Positions 31,644-41,799 of a stretch of 64,000 bases of DNA are shown here, one piece after another. The DNA is from an uncultured Solirubrobacterales bacterium (GTDB taxonomy: Bacteria > Actinomycetota > Thermoleophilia > Solirubrobacterales > Solirubrobacteraceae). The stretch covers positions 517,255 through 581,254 of the forward strand of contig CAWJIO010000011.1 of the NCBI GenBank assembly GCA_963842995.1, read 5' to 3'. A program made the translations under genes and the position numbers. The notes under the pieces were generated by a model. It saw only the letters and a program-made list of their open reading frames with translations, made no database searches and had not been told where the DNA came from. How positions within the stretch are numbered: the stretch's first letter is position 1; the number at the start of each line of letters is the position of its first letter.

Positions 31644-33142
31644 ACGGCCTCACGATCCTCGCGCCACTGTCCGTCGAGGCCCGCGCGGTGCGTGCCGGCG
31701 CCCCGTGGGCGCGTGTGCATCGTGTCGGGATGGGGCCCCGCCGTGCCGCGCGTGGCGCGGACGTTGGCGTCGGCGGGGACGGCGCGGTCCTGATCGCCGG
31801 TTTCGGCGGCGCGCTCGACCCCGAGCTCGAGCCTGGCGACGTCGTGCTCGCGAGCGAGCTGCGCGGGCCCACCGGCACAACCCCCTGCCCCGACCCGTCG
31901 ATCCTCGCCGGGGTCCTGCGCCGCGGTGGACTACGCGTTCGCGTCGGGCCGATCGCCTCGAGCCGGCGGGTCGTTGTGCGCGCGCGCCGGCGCGCGTTGC
32001 AGCGCACCGGAGCGCTCGCGGTGGATATGGAGTCGGCGTGGTTGGCGCGCGCGACGCCCGCACAGCCGCTGGTCGCGCTGCGTGTCATCCTCGACACCCA
32101 TCGCCGTGAACTGAAACGCCCGCTGCGCACCGCGGTCGGCGCCGCCGTCGCCTACCGCACGCTGCGCCGCGCGTGCGCGCTCGCCGAGGACTGGGCGCAC
32201 GCGCTCGGCCCGCGCGAGGTGGTGCTCGCCTCCCCGCGCGCGTCGTGCGCCGGCGTCGTTCGGGCGGTCGAGATCGTCGAACGCGCGCTCGAGGATCGCG
32301 GCCCGCCGATCTACGTGCGCAAGCAGATCGTCCACAATTCGCATGTGGTCGCCGACCTCGAGCGGCGCGGCGTGACCTTCGTCGACGAGGTCGACGAAGT
32401 CCCACCGGGTACGACCGCGATCTTCTCGGCGCACGGTGTATCGCCGGCTGTGCGGGCTGCCGCCGCGCAGCGCCGCCTCAATGTGATCGACGCCACGTGC
32501 CCACTCGTCGGCAAGGTGCACGCGGAATCGCGGCGCTTCGCCCGGTCGGGGTTCGACATCGTGCTCGTCGGCCATCAGGGGCACGAGGAGGTCGAGGGAA
32601 CCTTCGGCGAGGCCCCCGCGCGCACCCACGTGATCGGAAGCGTCGAGGAGGTCGATCGCGTGCGGGTCGAGGACCCAAACCGCGTCGCCTACCTTACGCA
32701 GACGACGCTGGCGATCGATGAGACGGCGGGCATCGTCGGCGCGCTGCGCGAGCGCTTCCCCACGCTGGTCGGACCGGTCTCCAGCGACATCTGCTACGCG
32801 ACGCAGAACCGCCAGGACGCCGTGCGCGCGTTGGCCTCCGACTGCGAGGTGGTGCTCGTCGTCGGGTCCCGCAACTCGTCCAACTCGCGCCGCCTGGTGG
32901 AGGTCGCCCGGCGCGCGGGCTGCAGCGCCGTCCTGATCGAGGACCGCGCGGACATTGCGCCCGAGTTGCTCATCGGCTGCAAGCGTGTCGGCGTGACCGC
33001 CGGCGCCTCCGCTCCCGAGACCCTGGTCGAGGGCGTCGTGCGCGCCCTTGACGGTCTCGGCGCCACCAGGGTCGGGGAGCGTATGGTGGCCCGCGAGGAC
33101 GTCCACTTCAAGCTTCCCCCAATGTCCGACCCACGGAGCTGA
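31640..33142 (+). CDS. ispH: Fusion of an HpnG-like nucleoside phosphorylase and HMBPP reductase
   Basis: N-terminal GFGGAL...AVDMES...LRVILDT; C-terminal CAGV, DATCPLV, DICYATQNRQ, SSNS; one uninterrupted 500-aa ORF. Confidence 0.88.
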   Translation: MNGLTILAPLSVEARAVRAGAPWARVHRVGMGPRRAARGADVGVGGDGAVLIAGFGGALDPELEPGDVVLASELRGPTGTTPCPDPSILAGVLRRGGLRVRVGPIASSRRVVVRARRRALQRTGALAVDMESAWLARATPAQPLVALRVILDTHRRELKRPLRTAVGAAVAYRTLRRACALAEDWAHALGPREVVLASPRASCAGVVRAVEIVERALEDRGPPIYVRKQIVHNSHVVADLERRGVTFVDEVDEVPPGTTAIFSAHGVSPAVRAAAAQRRLNVIDATCPLVGKVHAESRRFARSGFDIVLVGHQGHEEVEGTFGEAPARTHVIGSVEEVDRVRVEDPNRVAYLTQTTLAIDETAGIVGALRERFPTLVGPVSSDICYATQNRQDAVRALASDCEVVLVVGSRNSSNSRRLVEVARRAGCSAVLIEDRADIAPELLIGCKRVGVTAGASAPETLVEGVVRALDGLGATRVGERMVAREDVHFKLPPMSDPRS

Positions 33143-33146
33143 TCCC

Positions 33147-34151
33147 ATGCCCGTCCCATTGCGGCAGTCAGCGCGCATGGCTGCCTACCTGACCGAGCAG
33201 AAGCTCCGCCGCCGGGACAAGTTCCCGCTGCTCGTCGAGCTCGAGCCGCTGTTCCAGTGCAACCTGGAGTGCGCCGGCTGCGGCAAGATCCAGCACCCTG
33301 AGCACGTTCTGAGCCGGCGCATGCCGGTCGAGCAGGCGGTCGGTGCAATCGAGGAGTGCGGCGCCCCAATGGTCTCGATCGCCGGCGGCGAGCCGCTGAT
33401 CCACCCCGAGATCGACGAGATCGTCCGCCGGCTGATCGCGCGCAAGCGGTTCGTCTACCTGTGCACAAACGCGATCCTGATGGAGCGCAAGCTCAACCGC
33501 TTCGAGCCATCCGCGTACTTCGCTTGGGCCGTGCACATCGACGGATTGCGCGAGCGCCACGACGAGTCGGTGTGCCGGGACGGCGTGTTTGACAAGGCCA
33601 TGGCGGCGATCCGCGCCGCCAAGCAACGCGGCTTCCGCGTGACCACGAACACGACGTTCTTTACCCACGACACGCCCGAATCCGTACGCCGCGTGCTTGA
33701 CTTCCTCAACGACGAGGTACGTGTTGACCAGATGATGATCTCGCCCGCCTACGCGTACGAACGGGCGCCCGACCAAGAGCACTTCCTCGGAGTCCGCCAG
33801 ACCCGTCAACTGTTCCGTGCCGCGTTCGCCGACGGGCGGCGCAAGCGGTGGCGGCTCAACCACTCGCCGCTGTTCCTCGACTTTCTCGAGGGCAAGGTAG
33901 ATTTCGGCTGCACGGCCTGGGGCGTCCCCAGCTACTCGCTGTTCGGGTGGCAGCGTCCGTGCTATCTGATGGCCGACGGCTACGCCAAGACCTACGCGGA
34001 GCTGGTGGAGACAACCGACTGGGACGCCTACGGTCGCGGCCGCGATCCGCGCTGCGAGAACTGCATGGCCCACTGCGGATACGAGCCGACCGCGGTGCTA
34101 GCGACAACCCGCTCGCTCAGGCAGTCGCTGCGCGCGCTCGTGCAAAGCTGA
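33147..34151 (+). CDS. hpnH: Adenosyl-hopene transferase (radical SAM)
   Basis: LEPLFQCNLECAGCGKIQ, GWQRPCYL, CENCMAHCGYE. Confidence 0.95.
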   Translation: MPVPLRQSARMAAYLTEQKLRRRDKFPLLVELEPLFQCNLECAGCGKIQHPEHVLSRRMPVEQAVGAIEECGAPMVSIAGGEPLIHPEIDEIVRRLIARKRFVYLCTNAILMERKLNRFEPSAYFAWAVHIDGLRERHDESVCRDGVFDKAMAAIRAAKQRGFRVTTNTTFFTHDTPESVRRVLDFLNDEVRVDQMMISPAYAYERAPDQEHFLGVRQTRQLFRAAFADGRRKRWRLNHSPLFLDFLEGKVDFGCTAWGVPSYSLFGWQRPCYLMADGYAKTYAELVETTDWDAYGRGRDPRCENCMAHCGYEPTAVLATTRSLRQSLRALVQS

Positions 34152-34155
34152 TGAG

Positions 34156-34812
34156 GTGCGTGTTCTCGTCGTAGAGGACGAGGAGAAGCTTGCCGCTCTC
34201 CTGCGCCATGCCCTGCGCCGCCAAGGCATGGGCGTAGACGTGGCGATCACGGGCGAGGACGCGGTGATGCGCGCGACGGCCACCGAGTACGACCTGATCC
34301 TGCTGGACGTGATGCTCCCGGGCCACGACGGGTTCGAGGTCTGCCGCCGCCTGCGCGCGCGCGAGGTGTGGTCGCCGACGCTGATGCTGACCGCGCTCGA
34401 CGAGGTCGAGCACCGGGTGCGGGGCCTCGACAGCGGGGCGGACGACTACCTAGCAAAGCCGTTCTCGTTCGACGAGCTGCTGGCGCGGATGCGGGCTCTG
34501 ACGCGCCGCGGAGCGCCGCCGCGACCGACCCTGCTCACGGTGGGCGACCTGCGCCTCGACCCGGCCGCCCGCCGGGTCTGGCGCGCAGGCAGGGAGCTGT
34601 CGCTCACGGCACGCGAGTTCGGGATGCTCGAGATGTTCATGCGCCATCCGGGCCAGGTGCTGAGTCGATTCGAGCTGCTCGAGCACGTGTGGGACAACAG
34701 CTACGAGAACCGGTCGAACGTAATCGAGGTCTACGTCGGCTACCTGCGAGACAAGCTCGGCCGCCAGGCGATCGAGACGGTGCGCGGCGCCGGTTACCGA
34801 CTGCGGACATGA
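34156..34812 (+). CDS. OmpR-family response regulator
   Basis: VLVVEDE, LLDVMLP, GADDYLAKPF, ETVRGAGY. Confidence 0.95.
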   Translation: MRVLVVEDEEKLAALLRHALRRQGMGVDVAITGEDAVMRATATEYDLILLDVMLPGHDGFEVCRRLRAREVWSPTLMLTALDEVEHRVRGLDSGADDYLAKPFSFDELLARMRALTRRGAPPRPTLLTVGDLRLDPAARRVWRAGRELSLTAREFGMLEMFMRHPGQVLSRFELLEHVWDNSYENRSNVIEVYVGYLRDKLGRQAIETVRGAGYRLRT

Positions 34813-36317
34813 GCGTGGCGGGCCCCAGCGTTCCCGCGCGCCAGGAGGGGGACCTTCAGACGAGCGAGAAATTCCAGCGTGGCGATCAAGACGTGGCGCA
34901 GGATTCATCGCGAAGGAGTCCGTCGCTACGCCGCCTCCCGTTCCGGATGCGGCTCACGTTGAGCTTCGCCGGTGTCATCGTGGTGCTGTTCGGCGGTCTG
35001 GCGCTCCTGCTACAGACCCTTTTCTCGGCGAGCCTCGACCAGGGGATCAATCGCTCGCTACGCACGCACGCCGGCGATCTGGCATCCCTCGTCCGTGGTA
35101 AGAGCGAGCTTCCCGAACTGCCTGAAAGCGGCAGTGCATTCGCGCAGATCATCGACCCCAGGACCGATCGGGTCCTCGACGCTACGCCCGGGCACGCGAC
35201 TCGGCTACTGAGCCAGAAACAGGTGAGGCGCGCTGCTTCAGGCTCGCTGTTAGTGGATCAGGGCGAGAAGGCGCGGCTGCTGGCGGGCCCGGTCGTCACT
35301 CAGCCGGCGTCGGTGTTGGTGGTCGGGTCCCCGCTCTCCGAGCGCAACCGGGCGCTGACCACGCTCAGCGAGCTGCTGTTCATCGGCGGCCCGCTGATAC
35401 TCGTCCTTACCTGCCTGGCCGGCTACGTCCTCGCCGCGCGCGCGCTCGCACCGGTGGAGACAATGCGTGCACGGGCCGCGCGGATCTCGGGAGATCCGCG
35501 GGGCGAGCGGCTGCCAGTCCCCGAGACCAATGACGAGCTCCAGCGCCTCGGCGACACGCTCAACGCGATGCTCAGCCGACTCGAGGATGCGCTCGGCTGC
35601 GAGCGCGCGTTCGTCGCCGATGCGGGGCACGAGCTGCGCACGCCACTCTCGATCCTCAAGCTCGAGCTCGAGCTGGCGCTCGCGCCGGACAGCTCCCGCG
35701 AAGAGCTCCAGACGCGGCTGCGCTCCGCCGCCGGGGAAGTCGATCGGCTGGCCAAGCTCGCCCAAGACCTGCTGGTCATCGCTCGCGCCGACGAGGGACG
35801 GTTGTCGCTCGAAACTCGCCGGATCGAGGTGCTCCACGTCCTCCGGGCGGTCGCCGCCCGCTTCGCCACGTCGGCCGACGGCGAGGGCCGGGAAGTGAGG
35901 CTCGAGGGCTCCGATGGGCTCGTCGTGGACGCTGACCAGGTGCGGCTCGAGCAGGCGCTCACGAACATGGTCGTGAACGCACTCGAGCACGGCGACGGTG
36001 CGGTTGTACTTCGCGCCGTCGGGCGCAACGGCAGCGTCGAGCTTCACGTGCTCGACGAGGGGAAGGGGTTCGCACCGGCCTTCCTCCCGCGCGCGTTCGA
36101 GCGCTTCTCGCGCGCGGACCCCGCCCGGTCGCGGGGCGGCGCCGGCCTCGGGCTGTCGATCGTGCGCGTGATCGCCGAAGCCCACGGTGGACGCGCGTAC
36201 TCGACAAACCGCGAGCCCGGCGGTGCCGACGTCTGGTTGTCCCTACCCCGGGCTACCCGGCCCGAGTCCGAGCACGCGGACATCCCAAGGATCGATCTCC
36301 TCAGCTTCCCCTCTTAG
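34809..36317 (+). CDS. HAMP sensor histidine kinase
   Basis: ATGA coupling, two TM helices, FVADAGHELRTPL, GAGLGL. Confidence 0.93.
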   Translation: MSVAGPSVPARQEGDLQTSEKFQRGDQDVAQDSSRRSPSLRRLPFRMRLTLSFAGVIVVLFGGLALLLQTLFSASLDQGINRSLRTHAGDLASLVRGKSELPELPESGSAFAQIIDPRTDRVLDATPGHATRLLSQKQVRRAASGSLLVDQGEKARLLAGPVVTQPASVLVVGSPLSERNRALTTLSELLFIGGPLILVLTCLAGYVLAARALAPVETMRARAARISGDPRGERLPVPETNDELQRLGDTLNAMLSRLEDALGCERAFVADAGHELRTPLSILKLELELALAPDSSREELQTRLRSAAGEVDRLAKLAQDLLVIARADEGRLSLETRRIEVLHVLRAVAARFATSADGEGREVRLEGSDGLVVDADQVRLEQALTNMVVNALEHGDGAVVLRAVGRNGSVELHVLDEGKGFAPAFLPRAFERFSRADPARSRGGAGLGLSIVRVIAEAHGGRAYSTNREPGGADVWLSLPRATRPESEHADIPRIDLLSFPS

Positions 36318-36318
36318 T

Positions 36319-38258
36319 CCGAAGTTCCCCTAGCGGAGCGGCGGGTTTCGCCGTGATTTCGGGGGTTTCGCGTGCTTCGGGGTGGATGGGTGGTGACTAC
36401 GTGTCGAGGCTCGCGTGTTGGATGAGCTCGAGTGCGCGGGCTTGGAGGGGGGTGGGTTGCGCGAGTTTGTTGAAGGTTGCGGTGGCGCCGGGTAGGCGGA
36501 TCGTGTTGCGGGTTAGGGTCGCGAGCTCGGCGAGCAGGCTTTTGTAGCTGTGGCACGGCTCGCCGGTGCTGGTGCGCTTGGTGCGAGCTTTGCGCTGCGC
36601 GTCGGGGGACCGGACTGCCTTGGCGATCGGGTCGCGCTGGACGGGTGGGTTCTCGTCGTTGAACAGGAGTGCTCGCCAGGCGTCGCGGAGGTGCCAGGTG
36701 AGGTAGTAGGCGAGCATGCAGAGGAACACGTGGGCGCGGACCGGTTTTCGAGGTGGTGGTGGATCGGGCGGATCTCGAGGTCGGGGCTCTTGAAGGTGCG
36801 GAATGCGCGTTCGACCTGTTCGAGTCCCTTGTAGGAGCGGACTACCTCGTCGGTGGACAGCTCGCCGTCGCCCGCGTTGGTGCGCAGCACGTAGATGCCG
36901 TCCAGCGCGGCCTCGGCATCGATCTGCTCGGTCTTGCGTTTCCAGCTGAAGGTCGTGTCGGTGATCTGCACCTCGAAGTGCTTTTTGACCTTGTAGCGCT
37001 TGAGCGCGGGACCGACGGCGAGCCCGATCTGATCGGCGCCGGTCAGCGTGCCGCGCTTGACCCGGTGAGCGATCTCCGCAAGGCCGCGCTCGGTCGCCTC
37101 CAAAAGCTCGCACCGTTTGCGTGCGCGCTCGGCGGCGACGAGCGGGTTGCGGCACACGATCAGCCGCTCGCCGGGATAGTCCTCGGAGGTGATCTCGGCC
37201 AGGTTTCGCTGATCGAACAGCGAGAGCTGCAACTCCTGTTGGCGGGCGAGCTTCTGGATCTGCGGCGCTTTGAGCGCGGTGATCCAGGCGATCTCGGCCT
37301 TCTGCAGCAGCTCGATGTTGGCCTTGGTGACCATCCCGCGGTCCGAGACGACCACGACGCGTGAGAGCCCGAACCTGCGCTTGAGCTTCTCGATCTGGGA
37401 GGGCAGCGTCTTGTCATCGTGCAGCTCGCCACTGAACACCTCGATCGCGACAGGCCGGCCCGGCTTGTCGCACAACAGCCCGTAGATGATCTGCAGGCTG
37501 CCGCGCTTCTGATCGCGCGAGTACCCCAGCTTCGCCAGCTCGCACGAGCGTCCCTCGAAATACGACGAGGACACGTCATAGAGCACCAACTCGCCGTCGG
37601 TGAGATGCCGGCGCGCGAGCCGATCCTCGATCCGCTCCTGGCGCTCAAGCAGCCAATCCATCGCCGCGTACAGATCGTCCTCATCGACGCCGCAGACCCC
37701 GAGCTCCTCAGCCACCGTGGACTGGCCGAGCGCGCGGACGGTCCCCAGCTTCGACGCCGGCGCGATCACCCGCTGGCAGATCATCGCCAGCACCAGATCC
37801 CGCTCCCTGGACGGGGACCGATCAAGCAGCCGACCCAGCTCCAACCGCCGGGCCATCGCCAACGCCGCCTGCACATGCCCGGCCGGCAGCGACCGCTCGA
37901 TCGCAAACGCCGCCCCGGCCGGCACCAGCACCTCGCCCCGCAGCGCTGAGCGGACCGCGTCGATCGCCTCCGGCGGCAACCGCGACAGATTCGCCAGCGT
38001 CTCCTTCTTGACCTTGCCGTCCTCTCGATAGGAGCGCCGCAACAACGTGTTCGTGTACTCGCGCTCCCCAACCCTGCGGGACGTAGTGACCACATGCATC
38101 GCCCCAAACTCACGAGGTTTCCTTCCCATGACAAGCACCCTACACCAACCAGTGGACAGAAAGTAGTGCCTACACGCTCAACAAACGAAAAGGCCGGAAT
38201 CCCCAACATCTCAAGAGATTCCGACCCCAACTAGCCGTGACTACACGGGGAACTTCGG
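36319..38258 (-). mobile_element. IS1634-family insertion sequence
   Basis: TIRs CCGAAGTTCCCC (36319-36330) and GGGGAACTTCGG (38247-38258); TSD CTTAGT at 36313-36318 and 38259-38264. Confidence 0.95.
36397..38099 (-). pseudogene. IS1634 DDE transposase with a 1-nt frameshift near 36743
   Basis: LRRSYREDGKVKKETLANLS, YDVSSSYFEG, SDRGM, VERAFR; RPIHHHLENR joins VRAHVFLCMLAYY in another frame. Confidence 0.9.
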
Positions 38259-38364
38259 CTTAGTCGAACCGTTGCTCGCTGAGACCCGATCGACTTCGGA
38301 GCCGTCTTCGAGGCGGGGTTGCCAGCCGCGGCATGCATGCCCGTGCGGAAGCAACTGCCGCCGC

Positions 38365-40026
38365 TCAGTAGGCGATGTTTACCGTCAGCGGTGGCGATGC
38401 GCCGGCGGCGTTGGCCGAGTCCGCATCGCTGCGGGCAACGAGCATGTACCGACCGGGACGGCGGATCTCGAGCTTCCCGTGGAAGCGGCCGCTCTTGACA
38501 GCGAGGTGCCGGCTCGAGACCGGCGTGCGGAGCTGGCCTCCGGCGGGGTAGGCATCGATCGTCACATGCGGCTTGGAAGGGGAGATCGTGCCGCTGAGCT
38601 GCAGCGGCGCCGTCGAGACGAGTGAGAGCGTGATCGCGGGCGCCACCGAGACCTCCGCCCAGTCGGTGACCGTAGCCGGATGCGCTCGGTGCAGGGCACG
38701 CACCGCAGCGTTGCGCCGAAGGCTGACCGACACGTTCCACGACCCGTCGGGCGCGGTCGTGGCCCGCGCGATCGTGCTCTCGCCCGCAGGCGATAGATGC
38801 TGCAGCTCGACTGGCGCTCCGCCGAGCGGCGGGCCTCCGAGCATCCGCAGCCGGCCCGACACGGTCAGCGGCACGCCGCCCCTAGCCACGCTCGGCAGCG
38901 GGCTGATCGTGATCGTCGCGGGCGTGCCGGCAAGCGCGGTGATGGCGGGACGGATCGACGGCAACTGCGCGTAAAACGCATCGCCGGGGCAGTCGGTGGA
39001 GTCACCGTCGCGATGACCGGCGACGCGCGGCAACGAGACGCGCGCGCCGGGGCCGAACGGCGTGTAGTAGTAGTCGCCGGGATTGACCACCACCGTGACC
39101 CGGCCTTCGCTTGGGATCCCATGCAGTGAAAGCTTCCACGCAAGCAGCTGTTTGAGCGATCCGATCGCGGCATCCGATGGGACCACGTCCATGAAGTCGC
39201 CCAGCACGGCGACGCCAGTCGATTCGGCGTTGTAACCGCCCGCCTGTGCGCCGATCACCGCCATGTCGATGCCGCCGGCGCGCGCCTCCCAGATCCGCCC
39301 GTACAGGTCGATGATGAAGTTGTAGGCAATGTCCCAGAACCCGCGTACCTGGACGTGATAGTCGTAGATCGCCAGCAGCATCGAGGGGACCTCGCCCGCG
39401 CCGTAGCCGTTGGGGTTGACCGTGTGGTGGACAAAGGCGAGCTTGATCGTCGCGTACTCGGCGGCGTGCCGCGGCGGCGCCTGTCCCTGCGCCCACGCCT
39501 CGCGGGCGATGATCGCCGGCTGGCCAGGGCCGGCGTCGAGCCTCGGCCGCGCCAGGGGAAGAGCCGCGGCAACCGCCTGCGGCCGTTGGCCAGCGAGGCT
39601 GACGAAGTTCACCCGTACCCCGTGAACCGGGCGGTCGCTGCGCAGCTGCACGTAGTCCGCAGCGCCCGTCCACACCGGCTCGCCGAACACCGACCGCGCA
39701 CGTCCGCCCTCGCTCGTCCCGTCCGGGTCGTGGCCCAGGACCGAAGCCACCACCCACGGGCTCCAGCGTCCATCGGGCGCCCTGGCGCGCAGCTCGATCC
39801 GCGCGTGCGGCGGGTCCGCCCATTCGACGCCCACGAGCGCGAACCTCCGCGGAGCCAGCACCGGCGCCGACACTCCCGACAGGGAGCCGATCCAGCGGCC
39901 GGACACCGGTTGACGCGGCGCAAGCGCACCCGCGACTCCCGCTGCCGGGCGCACGAGCGAAGCCGCGCCCGCCGCCGCCATCCCGCCTAGCATCGTGCGA
40001 CGAGTGATGTGGCGCGGCTCGTCCAT
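38365..40026 (-). CDS. Tat-exported N-acetylmuramoyl-L-alanine amidase (PGRP-like)
   Basis: TRRTMLGG signal; FVHHTV, DIAYNF, GHRD, TDCPG. Confidence 0.9.
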   Translation of the reverse strand: MDEPRHITRRTMLGGMAAAGAASLVRPAAGVAGALAPRQPVSGRWIGSLSGVSAPVLAPRRFALVGVEWADPPHARIELRARAPDGRWSPWVVASVLGHDPDGTSEGGRARSVFGEPVWTGAADYVQLRSDRPVHGVRVNFVSLAGQRPQAVAAALPLARPRLDAGPGQPAIIAREAWAQGQAPPRHAAEYATIKLAFVHHTVNPNGYGAGEVPSMLLAIYDYHVQVRGFWDIAYNFIIDLYGRIWEARAGGIDMAVIGAQAGGYNAESTGVAVLGDFMDVVPSDAAIGSLKQLLAWKLSLHGIPSEGRVTVVVNPGDYYYTPFGPGARVSLPRVAGHRDGDSTDCPGDAFYAQLPSIRPAITALAGTPATITISPLPSVARGGVPLTVSGRLRMLGGPPLGGAPVELQHLSPAGESTIARATTAPDGSWNVSVSLRRNAAVRALHRAHPATVTDWAEVSVAPAITLSLVSTAPLQLSGTISPSKPHVTIDAYPAGGQLRTPVSSRHLAVKSGRFHGKLEIRRPGRYMLVARSDADSANAAGASPPLTVNIAY

Positions 40027-40215
40027 CGCCGGTCAAATTAGCGCAGCCGTGCGCGAGCCGGAACCGGTGCGTGTTGGGGAAACATCACCCCACAGGCCAA
40101 GTCCACGACCTGTGAGAGCCGAAACGCCGGGCCGCTCACACCGAGCCCCGTACGCGCCGCCAATGGCGCCGCCGGCTTTCTACCCTTCCCGGTGAACCAG
40201 CTCAAAGGAGAAACG

Positions 40216-40653
40216 ATGCCGCTAGAGGGCGAATATGAGCCAAGCTCTGCGAAGTGGGTCCGCGACCAAGTTGCGGAGTACGAGAGCTCCGGTGGAATCA
40301 GGGGGACGAAGCTGAGGGGCGTCCCAGTGGTCGTGATCACGTCGCTGGGCGCCAGCTCCGGCAAGCTGCGCAAGAACCCGGTTATGCGGGTCGAGCACGA
40401 TGGTGTGTACGCCGCCGTTGCATCCAAGGGTGGGACACCGCAGCATCCGGCGTGGTATCGCAATTTCGTGGAGCATCCGCTGGTTGAACTTCAAGACGAA
40501 GGCGCCAAGGGTGACTACACCGCACGGGAAGTCTCCGGCGAGGAGCGCGCGACGTGGTGGAAGCGTGCTCTGGCGGTCTGGCCGGACTATGCCGAGTACC
40601 AGACCAAGACCGATCGCGAGATCCCGGTGTTCGTGTTGGAACCTGCGGACTGA
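40216..40653 (+). CDS. Deazaflavin-dependent nitroreductase-family protein
   Basis: [50 protein letters not shown]. Confidence 0.93.
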   Translation: MPLEGEYEPSSAKWVRDQVAEYESSGGIRGTKLRGVPVVVITSLGASSGKLRKNPVMRVEHDGVYAAVASKGGTPQHPAWYRNFVEHPLVELQDEGAKGDYTAREVSGEERATWWKRALAVWPDYAEYQTKTDREIPVFVLEPAD

Positions 40654-40654
40654 T

Positions 40655-41098
40655 CTACACGTTGCCGACCCCGAACATCGTCGTGAGGATCGTCGCCACG
40701 TGGCGTTCCTCGTCGCCGGTCCAGGCATAAGCATCCCCGCGGCAGACCGTGAGCGTGCGCCCGGGCCGCATGACCTGCCCCCGCGCCAGCAGCCGCTCCC
40801 CGCCCGCGACCGAGAGCAGATTGACCTTGAGCTCAACCGTAAGGACGCGGCAATCCGGCTCCATCAGAGACAGGGCGGCGTAGCCGCAGGCGCTGTCCAT
40901 CGCCGCGATCACTACTCCGGCATGCAGGAACCCGTCCTGCTGAGTCAGCCGGTCCGCGAAGGGCACGACGATCTCGACAAGCCCCGGATCGACTCGGTCG
41001 AGCCGCGCGGCGAAGGTCGACATCAGGCCTTGCTTCGCGAAGCTCGCCCGCACGCGCTCCTCGAACTCGGGATCGCGCGCCTGCAACTCGGAAGTCAT
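40655..41098 (-). CDS. PaaI-family thioesterase
   Basis: QQDGFLHAGV, DSACGYAA, VELKVNLL, GRTLTVC. Confidence 0.9.
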   Translation of the reverse strand: MTSELQARDPEFEERVRASFAKQGLMSTFAARLDRVDPGLVEIVVPFADRLTQQDGFLHAGVVIAAMDSACGYAALSLMEPDCRVLTVELKVNLLSVAGGERLLARGQVMRPGRTLTVCRGDAYAWTGDEERHVATILTTMFGVGNV

Positions 41099-41158
41099 CG
41101 CCGCGAGTATGCCGGGCTGACTTCTGGCGCAGAGCCAATCCGGATTCAACGCCACCAC

Positions 41159-41211
41159 CGGCATCAAAACGGCAGTTGACATGATGCCATTGTGATGCCA
41201 GAATGGTGCCA
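41159..41211 (+). promoter_or_regulatory. Leaderless sigma-70 promoter overlapped by three TGRTGCCA repeats
   Basis: TTGACA 41176-41181, 17-bp spacer, CAGAAT 41199-41204; repeats at 41182, 41193, 41204; inverted variant at 41159-41166. Confidence 0.75.
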
Positions 41212-41738
41212 TGGAACTCGAAACGTATGTAGAAAAGCTCCGCGAGCAGCTGGCGGTGGCGGCCTCGGCCGGCGGCGAGGAGGCGCTGTCGCTCGCGCAG
41301 CGGCTGACGGCCGCGCTGGAATCCGCCGTCCGACTGACCCTGCTGGATGCGCTCTCGGCGGCTGCGGCCGAGATCACGAGCGAGCTGGCGCCTAGCTCGG
41401 TCGAGCTGCGCCTGCGCGGGAGCGAGCCGGAGTTCGTGGTCACGGTGCCGCCGGCCGAGACGGCTGGCGAGCAGACCGATAGCCAGGAGCTGACCGGGGG
41501 GTGGGCCACGAGCGCCGCAGCGGCCGCGGCCGGAGAGGGAGGGATGGCGCGGATCAATCTGCGGCTTCCAGACCAGCTCAAGAGCCAGGTCGAGCAAAGC
41601 GCCGACCGCGAGGGCTTGTCGATCAACGCGTGGCTCGTGCGCGCGGTCGCGGCGGCCGTCGACCGCGGTCAGCCGGGGGCCCAGCGCGAGCAACGGACCG
41701 CCCGCTCGGGCCAGCGTTACACGGGCTGGGGGCGCTGA
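41211..41738 (+). CDS. RHH (Arc/HicB-like) DNA-binding regulator
   Basis: ARINLRLPDQLKSQVEQSADREGLSINAWLVRAV. Confidence 0.85.
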   Translation: MELETYVEKLREQLAVAASAGGEEALSLAQRLTAALESAVRLTLLDALSAAAAEITSELAPSSVELRLRGSEPEFVVTVPPAETAGEQTDSQELTGGWATSAAAAAAGEGGMARINLRLPDQLKSQVEQSADREGLSINAWLVRAVAAAVDRGQPGAQREQRTARSGQRYTGWGR

Positions 41739-41799
41739 GCGCCGCAGCGGCCATCGGAGAACGAACTGACTGAAACCAACGACTCACAGGAACCACGAC

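Noticed and set aside
36740..36752. Programmed -1 frameshift in the transposase
   Set aside because: No canonical slippery heptamer; IS1634 transposases are normally single ORFs
41211..41738. HicAB toxin-antitoxin system
   Set aside because: No HicA; the context indicates an operon regulator
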